A stretch of DNA of 23,118 nt from a virus. Taxonomy: Duplodnaviria > Heunggongvirae > Uroviricota > Caudoviricetes. Positions 16,765 to 23,118 of this stretch are shown piece by piece. Location: positions 1 to 23,118 of the IMG/VR virus record IMGVR_UViG_2565956626_000019; one strand, written 5' to 3'. The notes below the pieces were generated by a model. That model was given only the letters and a program-made list of their open reading frames with translations. It made no database searches and was not told the DNA's origin. Position 1 is the stretch's first letter, and each line of letters begins with the position of its first letter. The translations under genes and the position numbers were made by a program.

Positions 16765-18963
16765 TTACTGCTGTGGTTGTTGCTGAGTTGATTTTTGCAG
16801 GATGCTGCTGATGTCCATGCGCTGCGCATGGCCCTGTGCCTGACTTTTCAGGACAAGCTCTGCATCAGCACGGGCATTGTCTCCTTGCTGTTGCTGGAAC
16901 TGTCCGAGCAGTTTCAGAGCCTCGCGGATATCAGATTTCTGCTGGCTATCGGCAGATGCGAGGATTTTCACAACATTTGCCGCTGCAACCTGAGCATCAG
17001 TCTGTGCCTGGAATGCTTTAACCTGAATGGCTGCCTGCTCGTTCTGCGCTTTCTGCAATTCAGCCTGACCAGCAAGAAGCTGACCTTGCGCTGCAACCAT
17101 AGCCGGATCTGGCTGACTGGCCTGTTGTTGTTTCGCCTGCTCAACCATCTGCTGTTCTTCTGGCGTTCTCGGCTTGATAACTCCAGACAGAAGCAACTGA
17201 TTGCGGTTGTATTCTTTAAGATCGTCCATCCCTTCGCCGTCCATATTGTCGAGGATCATCGACGATACAAGGTCGTGTTTCGGCGTTCCGGGCGGGATAA
17301 GTGCCAGCATGGAAAGTAACGACTTAACCGTTGCATCACGGCGAGTAGCGAACGACTGACCGACATCGACAGTCACTTCATAGTTACCCTGCGAAAGGTC
17401 GTTAAGCGCGATAACCTGCCCTGTCTGACGGTCAACCACTTCACCAGTCATCAGCGCCACGTCATCGCTGCCGTCCTCATTAACGACACGCATCGGCGTA
17501 TCACTGCCATAGACTTCACGAGCCATAGAAAGCCACACGACGCCAGCGCGGCGCATGGATTTAGCCATGTTGTCCATGTAGATATAGGACTGCGTGTCCA
17601 TCCGGTTAAAGATGCTATCAACGGTATCGGTAGCGACGTTGCTCGGCATGTTCTCAAGCTGCGACGCACCTGTAATTTGCTGAATAGCAGTTCCGGTGTA
17701 CTGCAATAGCCCGGCAAGAGCAGGAGGCATTTGTGTCGGAGGTGTCCAGCCAGCAACCTGAGCCTCTGAAATGACCGTTCCGTTTTTGTCCTTCTTGCTC
17801 GTCATGGGAAGAACTGCAGGTCTTTTCTTATTCCTCTCTGCCCAGTAATTCATTAATGGGCCGGGAATGAAATCAACATCCACGATAGGAATGCCATCAC
17901 CGCCAGCCTGAGTAGCGTTATCTGCAATCATGGAAACCATCAGGTTCTCAAGACGCTGTGCATCCATCGCTTTTGCTGCGTGGCCTTCGATTCGCTCCTG
18001 ATTATCAACAAATGAGCGACGCCCATATACCGGGATGAGTGGAATATGTTCGCCCGGAATACGCTTCGGTTCTTCCAGCCATTCAGCGCCAGACAGAAGG
18101 CCGCAATAAACGCGGCGTTTCTTCACAGTTCGCTCACCAATCAGTTCGAATGCGCCATCGGTTAGCTCGTCGACAATATCTTTGATTTGCTCTTCATCAT
18201 AGATTGCCGTTTCTCCGCTGACAGGGTTACGCCACGCCGTGAGATTCACCTTCTCTATGCGAACTTCGTAGTAGCGTCCAACATAGATGGCATCGGGCGT
18301 TGACCAGTCATATTGAGTGCCAGTGTCATCACGAGAAAGGCTTGCCGCGATGGAATCAGGGTATTCAGCCTCGAACGCTTTGGGCGTCATGGAGAACATT
18401 TCCATAGCCCACATAGCATCAGAGCGGTCATATTGCTTGCTGTCCTGATCGAAGAAGACGCATGTCGCCGGGTCGTAAACAGGAAGAAGGCTAATGCGTC
18501 GCTGCTCGTTACTTGGGTCCATTTCATCTTCGTAATCGGCACACATGCGGAAACAACCGAATCCGCCCGTTACAGCATCATCAAATGCGTTATCACACGC
18601 TTCACCACCGGATGTTTCCTGATAATCAGCGCGGAATTTGCCGTTCATCTTTTCGGCTAACGCTTCCGATGCCTTATCGTCCTTCGGTCTGAATTTAACG
18701 CTGATGCGATTCTGTCGATACTCGCCAATGATGCGATCACATTCACGGGCAATCTTATTCAGTTCAAAGCGCGGATAATGCTCAAACCTGCCTTCATCAA
18801 ATGAGTAACCAGCGTTTGTGCTGCCTTCCCACTGTGCGCCGGACACCCTGACGAAGCGTTGAGCTTCTATAATCTGCTCACGCATATCCTGCGTTGCTGA
18901 CCAGGCATTATCAAAGTTGCACAGCACCTTGCGATGCCAGTCAGTCATCTTTTTTTCTGCCAT
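16765..18963 (-). CDS. Portal protein, P22 gp1-like.
   Basis: 732 aa. Gln-rich C-terminal barrel ...EEQQMVEQAKQQQASQPDPAMVAAQGQLLAGQAELQKAQNEQ...QRMDISSILQ parallels recalled P22 portal C-terminus; positioned after the large terminase gene. Confidence 0.9.
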   Translation of the reverse strand: MAEKKMTDWHRKVLCNFDNAWSATQDMREQIIEAQRFVRVSGAQWEGSTNAGYSFDEGRFEHYPRFELNKIARECDRIIGEYRQNRISVKFRPKDDKASEALAEKMNGKFRADYQETSGGEACDNAFDDAVTGGFGCFRMCADYEDEMDPSNEQRRISLLPVYDPATCVFFDQDSKQYDRSDAMWAMEMFSMTPKAFEAEYPDSIAASLSRDDTGTQYDWSTPDAIYVGRYYEVRIEKVNLTAWRNPVSGETAIYDEEQIKDIVDELTDGAFELIGERTVKKRRVYCGLLSGAEWLEEPKRIPGEHIPLIPVYGRRSFVDNQERIEGHAAKAMDAQRLENLMVSMIADNATQAGGDGIPIVDVDFIPGPLMNYWAERNKKRPAVLPMTSKKDKNGTVISEAQVAGWTPPTQMPPALAGLLQYTGTAIQQITGASQLENMPSNVATDTVDSIFNRMDTQSYIYMDNMAKSMRRAGVVWLSMAREVYGSDTPMRVVNEDGSDDVALMTGEVVDRQTGQVIALNDLSQGNYEVTVDVGQSFATRRDATVKSLLSMLALIPPGTPKHDLVSSMILDNMDGEGMDDLKEYNRNQLLLSGVIKPRTPEEQQMVEQAKQQQASQPDPAMVAAQGQLLAGQAELQKAQNEQAAIQVKAFQAQTDAQVAAANVVKILASADSQQKSDIREALKLLGQFQQQQGDNARADAELVLKSQAQGHAQRMDISSILQKSTQQQPQQ

Positions 18964-18964
18964 A

Positions 18965-20380
18965 TCAACCTACACCACAAGGAATTGAGTAACTGGAATA
19001 GTCGGGTTGCGCAGCCGACTCCGGGCAATGCATACACATCATCAGCGCATCAGCCAGGTTAGGAGATGGAATACCGAGCTTCTGCTTCATTTCGACCTTA
19101 GTCATAAGCTCCAGCTTCCCGTTGTTATTGAATTTGCGCTGAATCTGCGTCAGTTCTGCAAACAGCTTCTCCAGCATCTTCTCGCCTATCGCTTCTTTGT
19201 CGAAACTCAGCATGTCGTCGGGGTCTGCATACTCACCGTGAACAACCGCCCGATATGTCAGATACAGCCTGTCAGCCAGCGCGTAATAGAATTGCGCTCG
19301 CTTATTGCGGAACACATCGCCAATAGTGCGAACGTTGTCGCCCTGCACGACTTCATCAGCCCATGCCCCGGCCTGATACGGTGCATCTTCATCGAATGGC
19401 GATTCGCTGCCCTTGAACATCGTGGCGGTGATTTTCTTGCCGGAGAACGCTTCCGTTGTCTGTCTGCGCAGCCCTGCACCGACACCATCGCCATCCCACA
19501 GGTAATGGTCAGCGCCGTCTTCAATCGCCAGCGAAGTAGCCCAGTCAGCACCCTCGTTGATGTCCATCAGCAGACCTTCGGCAATGCGCTTAACTACCGA
19601 ACCGTGACGCGATGCATAACCTTTAGCATCTGGCCCTGTATCTGATGGGTCATGCGCAGAGACAACAGCGCCTTTCGCTTTCCATCCGAGTTTCTTGTGC
19701 GCATCGGTTGCGGCTTCAAGCCATTCACGTTTGATGATTGCCATATCACTTGCGCTTACCGGCTCACCAAGCCAGATGTGACGATACAGTGTCGGGTTTC
19801 TGCGTTTACACTCTTCCATCTCCAGACGGAGAACTTCAGGAAAGTGCGGGTTGTCGGTGTAGTTCACCGTCAGCAGACAAATATCATCGGGAGGGTTTAC
19901 TACGAATCGCTGATAGGTATCGTCGAGTATGTTCTTCGGGTTAAAGCTCACCCATATTTCAGAGAACGGCTTACGGATGGTTGGTATCAGGATATCCCAT
20001 GATTCCTTCGTTACCGCTTCCGCTTCTTCCACCCAGCAGATATCAATGCCTTCGAGAGATTTAATCTTCGTCGGGTTGTTTTTGATGCCGTAGAACATGA
20101 ATTCAGCATTCGTTCCGAGATGACGAATCATTGAACGCTGAATTTCAAACTCAGCCGAATACCCTTCACGCTCGATAGTGTCTTCAAGCAACCGGATTAC
20201 CGAATCGCTGATACTGTTTTGCAGTTCACGAGCGCAGAGAATACGCACTGGCTGCCGACGCACCGCTTCAACAAGCAGTCTCGCGATTGCCCATGACTTA
20301 CCGCTACCTCGACCGCCTTTGGCGACTTTGTAGCGATGCGCCTCAATGAACGGTTCAAAGATAGGATTAATCGAGGTCAT
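18965..20380 (-). CDS. Terminase large subunit, Sf6 gp2-like.
   Basis: 471 aa. Walker A KVAKGGRGSGKSW near the N-terminus; start overlaps the small-terminase stop (ATGA). Confidence 0.9.
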   Translation of the reverse strand: MTSINPIFEPFIEAHRYKVAKGGRGSGKSWAIARLLVEAVRRQPVRILCARELQNSISDSVIRLLEDTIEREGYSAEFEIQRSMIRHLGTNAEFMFYGIKNNPTKIKSLEGIDICWVEEAEAVTKESWDILIPTIRKPFSEIWVSFNPKNILDDTYQRFVVNPPDDICLLTVNYTDNPHFPEVLRLEMEECKRRNPTLYRHIWLGEPVSASDMAIIKREWLEAATDAHKKLGWKAKGAVVSAHDPSDTGPDAKGYASRHGSVVKRIAEGLLMDINEGADWATSLAIEDGADHYLWDGDGVGAGLRRQTTEAFSGKKITATMFKGSESPFDEDAPYQAGAWADEVVQGDNVRTIGDVFRNKRAQFYYALADRLYLTYRAVVHGEYADPDDMLSFDKEAIGEKMLEKLFAELTQIQRKFNNNGKLELMTKVEMKQKLGIPSPNLADALMMCMHCPESAAQPDYSSYSIPCGVG

Positions 20381-20802
20381 TTTCCGAATAGAGTGCTCAT
20401 CGGTGATGTTTCAATCTGAATTGCGCCGCCGTCCTTACCGACAAGCTCGTTAGTTACCTTGTCGCCATACTTACGGGGATTCATTCGGGCCAGCGCCCAT
20501 TTGCGGGTATCAACGCGAAGTCTTGCCTTTGCCACCTCGGCGGCATCAGGGATTACGTCGTCAGCAATTTCGAATATCTCTTCGAAAATAGAGTCGGCCC
20601 GAGTCTCTGTTGCCTTCGCGTACTGGTCACGAAACTCCTGATGTTCAGCCAGCCAGCGAAAAACTGATGTTTTGCTCGGCATTCCTGGGCGTTCGCAAAC
20701 TTTGCGCAGACTCTCACCGGAGGAAAGCAATGCGCAAATGTCATTAGCCACCTCCGGCATATAATCAGAGGGGCGACCACCTTTCTTTTTCTCAGTCGCC
20801 AT
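20377..20802 (-). CDS. Terminase small subunit, Sf6 gp1-like.
   Basis: 141 aa. MATEKKKGGRPSDYMPEVANDICALLSSGESLRKVCERPGMPSKTSVFRWL (HTH-like) resembles my recollection of Sf6 small terminase. Confidence 0.8.
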   Translation of the reverse strand: MATEKKKGGRPSDYMPEVANDICALLSSGESLRKVCERPGMPSKTSVFRWLAEHQEFRDQYAKATETRADSIFEEIFEIADDVIPDAAEVAKARLRVDTRKWALARMNPRKYGDKVTNELVGKDGGAIQIETSPMSTLFGK

Positions 20803-20881
20803 ATTGATTATTTCCCTTCTGCTTGCTTATCCCATTCATCGCGGAATTTGGATGGGTTGTCGAAACCTTGAGTTGCCATGT

Positions 20882-21124
20882 TTACGCTCCCGTAGTGAAC
20901 AGGTCTAACGCTTCCTTCGATTTACGCACCGCTTCGATTGTGCGGGTCGTGATATCTGAATTAGCGCCGCCTGACTGGAAGTGAATTTTGAATAGCTCAA
21001 GCTTCAGCTCGTCAGTGCCAATGAACTGAAATGCTTCCTCTGCGGCTGCGTTCTGGTTCATGACCAGTTTGTAAATCTCTAACTGGAATTTCTGTTCTTC
21101 AGTCATGGGAATAATCTCTGCCAT
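20882..21124 (-). CDS. Hypothetical protein (80 aa).
   Basis: ATG at 21124 with GGAG 6 nt upstream; no recognisable family. Confidence 0.4.
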   Translation of the reverse strand: MAEIIPMTEEQKFQLEIYKLVMNQNAAAEEAFQFIGTDELKLELFKIHFQSGGANSDITTRTIEAVRKSKEALDLFTTGA

Positions 21125-21227
21125 TGTTGGCTCCGTTTATCCGTTAAAAGGGATATCAGTTAAGTTATCCCGTGTAGGGTATAAGCCATTATCAAAGCCA
21201 CTCTGTAGGGAATGGCTTTTGTAATAA

Positions 21228-21608
21228 CTACTGTTCGCTTAACTTCTGCTTCAGCAAGTAACCTTCGAGCATCCAGATTTTGTTTACAGCATTCTGCCGG
21301 GCAATCTTCCGACCAATTTCTGCATCAAAATTTTCCGGACTTGCACAGGCGCTCTCGCCGGTGACGGTGAAGCCATTCTTCAGCACCAGTACGCAGAAAG
21401 TGAGCAACTTCAATGGTGATAAATCACGATCGCCTTCTTCTGGTTTTTCCCTGCCACAATATTCGTTGCTGGAAATGGCACCATTTCGTCCATCATAAGC
21501 AGTAAAGTAATGCTCGCTTTTAATCACGTCTTCGATGTGCTGCGGGGTGATTCGCGGAGCGGTTTTGCCTTTCTCAACGATTTCTTTTTCGATTTGCTGG
21601 TCGTTCAT
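21228..21608 (-). CDS. Hypothetical phage protein; my tentative guess is the N4-gp49/Sf6-gp66-like family.
   Basis: 126 aa; C-terminal motif ...ENFDAEIGRKIARQNAVNKIWMLEGYLL. The family assignment rests on memory of the family and on position upstream of the terminase genes, not on a search. Confidence 0.45.
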   Translation of the reverse strand: MNDQQIEKEIVEKGKTAPRITPQHIEDVIKSEHYFTAYDGRNGAISSNEYCGREKPEEGDRDLSPLKLLTFCVLVLKNGFTVTGESACASPENFDAEIGRKIARQNAVNKIWMLEGYLLKQKLSEQ

Positions 21609-21924
21609 AATTATGACCCTGTAGAGTGGTTGCTTGATTAGGATGTCTTTCCATCAGTCCGCCACCACAAAGAATCTTTTTTGCCATAAGGCTGGAGGTT
21701 CATCTTTCAGTGGCTGCCAGTGTTATTTCCCCACTTTTTGGCTTGGGTTGTTTCGTGGTACTGCCGTTAACTGGTGGCGCACAGATTTAGTTAAATCCGT
21801 TCTCGCCTGAACTATCTTTTACATACCCGGATTGTGGGGATGTAAATCACGGTTTCATTATCAAGCCCACCAGTAGATGGGCTTTGTAATGAAGAGTTGT
21901 TATGAAAATTGCTCTAAACAAGCA

Positions 21925-22413
21925 TTAATAGCCATCAGAAGTAATCGCTACAGATTTCAATCCCTCAATGTCATCCTTGGACAGGGCGAACCATTCACCG
22001 TGCTTTCTCTTTGCGGCAAATTTGCGATGAAGCATGTTTTCAGTTTCTCTTCCACCAGGGATCAGGCACTCAAGCTTCAAGCAGTCTGGTCCAGAGTTGC
22101 CAAGCGATTTGATGCGTTGTGGAATGTTGGATGAATACCCAATTTTGGTTAGCCCAGTTTTCTTCGATGACAAAACGTATACCTGAGGAGGTTCTTTTCT
22201 CTGGTCTTCCATTACACGTCTCATTGTTGCCATAAGTCCGCCGTGCATCAGCATTTCAACAAAGAACGCTGACCGAACACCTGACGACTTAAGCATGCCA
22301 GAAAATTCACTTGCCAATTCCATTAACTCTGCGATGTTTTCAGGAACTTTTTGGCAGTTATCTTCCTTGTATAAGGAAATCATTCTTTGAAGCTTTTCTT
22401 CTAATTGGTTCAT
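21925..22413 (-). CDS. T5orf172 (GIY-YIG-superfamily-like) domain protein with unknown ~75-aa helical N-terminal region.
   Basis: C-terminal motifs QVYVLSSKKTGLTKIGYSSNIPQRIKSLG...ENMLHRKFAAKRKHGEWFAL fit the T5orf172/MUG113 pattern. ATG at 22413; track start at 22449 is a GTG. Visibly AT-rich. Confidence 0.6.
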   Translation of the reverse strand: MNQLEEKLQRMISLYKEDNCQKVPENIAELMELASEFSGMLKSSGVRSAFFVEMLMHGGLMATMRRVMEDQRKEPPQVYVLSSKKTGLTKIGYSSNIPQRIKSLGNSGPDCLKLECLIPGGRETENMLHRKFAAKRKHGEWFALSKDDIEGLKSVAITSDGY

Positions 22414-22560
22414 AGCGTCTTTACCTTTTAGAAAGTGAGCCTGTCTCACAGAAAAGCCGCCCCGAGATGGTCGCCACCATATACGGCAGTTCTCAGGCTC
22501 AACTTTCTGAAAGGCTCGGGTGATGTAATATGCGCGTGAGATGCGCTGTGAAATTCAGAT

Positions 22561-22590
22561 GTAAAAAAAGCCCCGCATCGCGAGGCTCAT
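22561..22590 (-). terminator. Intrinsic terminator downstream of the Rz/Rz1 lysis genes.
   Basis: Minus-strand RNA: stem AGCCUCGC, loop GAU, stem GCGGGGCU (8 bp with one G-U pair), followed by UUUUUUU (plus-strand A-run 22563-22569). Confidence 0.6.
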
Positions 22591-22618
22591 TAAATTGACT
22601 TTGTGATTTGCAAAAAAA

Positions 22619-23056
22619 TTATTTCAGGCACTGAGTCCTGATGTACTCCTGCAGGTAGTTAACCTGCACGGTTATCTTGTCGATTCCACTTCGGAGACGG
22701 TAATAATTGAGTTCAGCATCTGCTGTAAGTCTTGGGCTTTCTCCATCGCCCATGCTGCTGGCTCCGGTCGTTGACTTTGCACAGGTGGCGGCGACTTGCA
22801 GGCGCTTACGCCCAGCAGAAACATCAGCACGAAGGCTTTCGATAGTAGCGTTAGCATCAGCAAGCTCCTTTGTGTATCTGGCGTCGAGTTCTGCTACATC
22901 ACGTTGACGCTTCTGCATGTCAGCGATTGTGGATGTGGCCTTATCGCGCTGCTCTTTGTAGGCGATTGCGTTATCACGGTAATGATTAACAGCCCATGAC
23001 AGGCAGACGATGATACAGATAACCAGAGCAGAGATAATCGCGGTGACTCTGCTCAT
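22619..23056 (-). CDS. Rz: i-spanin Rz (lysis).
   Basis: 145 aa. N-terminal 30 residues [31 protein letters not shown] match recalled lambda Rz, including the TM anchor; coiled-coil periplasmic domain. ATG overlaps the upstream endolysin stop. Confidence 0.9.
   Translation of the reverse strand: MSRVTAIISALVICIIVCLSWAVNHYRDNAIAYKEQRDKATSTIADMQKRQRDVAELDARYTKELADANATIESLRADVSAGRKRLQVAATCAKSTTGASSMGDGESPRLTADAELNYYRLRSGIDKITVQVNYLQEYIRTQCLK
22672..22857 (-). CDS. Rz1: o-spanin Rz1 lipoprotein, embedded in the +1 frame of Rz.
   Basis: 61 aa from ATG at 22857. Lipobox LLGVSAC followed by proline-rich [18 protein letters not shown], like lambda Rz1. Track ORF start at 22863 is a TTG. Confidence 0.75.
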   Translation of the reverse strand: MLTLLSKAFVLMFLLGVSACKSPPPVQSQRPEPAAWAMEKAQDLQQMLNSIITVSEVESTR

Positions 23057-23118
23057 ACCTCAATCTCTCTGACCGCTCCGCCAGCCTCTTTGAATTTTGC
23101 AATCAGGCTGTCAGCCTT
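23053..23118 (-). CDS. R: Endolysin 3' end (lambda R-like lytic transglycosylase), truncated by the window edge.
   Basis: The last 21 codons translate to [21 protein letters not shown], near-identical to recalled lambda R C-terminus (...[21 protein letters not shown]). Stop TGA overlaps the Rz ATG. Confidence 0.8.
   Translation of the reverse strand, partial: KADSLIAKFKEAGGAVREIEV

Noticed and set aside
21150-21218. Two stem-loops (GGGATA...TATCCC and AAGCCATT...AATGGCTT) between the 126-aa and 80-aa genes as terminators.
   Set aside because: Neither is followed by a convincing U-tract on the coding (minus) strand; possibly RNA structure but not called.
21643-21810. 55-aa plus-strand ORF in the 316-bp intergenic gap.
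   Set aside because: No usable SD (AGG abuts the ATG), opposite to the operon direction, no recognisable motif.
22414-22449. GTG start for the T5orf172 gene as in the track (174 aa).
   Set aside because: ATG at 22413 is a more conventional start; the 12-codon extension is uncertain.
1-23118. CRISPR arrays, IS elements/transposases, tRNA or rRNA genes.
   Set aside because: No regularly spaced direct repeats, no terminal inverted repeats flanking a transposase-like ORF, and no tRNA-like structures noticed by manual reading; a proper scan (tRNAscan, CRISPR finder) was not possible.

Overview
This window reads as the late/virion half of a P22/Sf6-like lambdoid podovirus (prophage or phage genome), probably from an enterobacterial host; all identifications are from reading the translations and recalled family sequences, with no searches run. 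A P4-family integrase (+ strand, starting at base 1) converges on a long minus-strand late operon. Reading right to left: lambda-like lysis tail end (R 3' end, Rz with embedded Rz1), a terminator, a T5orf172/GIY-YIG-like gene, two small genes, small and large terminase, portal, scaffold, coat, an attenuator-like terminator, gp4/gp10/gp26/gp14/gp7/gp20/gp16 homologues in P22 order, and a tailspike with a P22-type head-binding N-terminus. The most interesting part is the ~3.7 kb accessory insert between the gp16-like gene and the tailspike (about 3445-7224). It holds a rearranged immI-like module: a 57-aa Arc-like gene absent from the ORF track, a BRO-N antirepressor-like gene, a KilAC-type Ant-like gene, a coupled 73-aa ORF, a convergent Mnt-like repressor and a predicted sar-like antisense RNA. 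Divergent from it is a two-gene operon: a lambda-CI-like repressor that appears to have lost both the autocleavage site and the Ser nucleophile, followed by an AT-rich multi-pass membrane protein. That pair is my best candidate for an uncharacterised immunity, exclusion or defence module. No tRNA, CRISPR array or IS element was seen.
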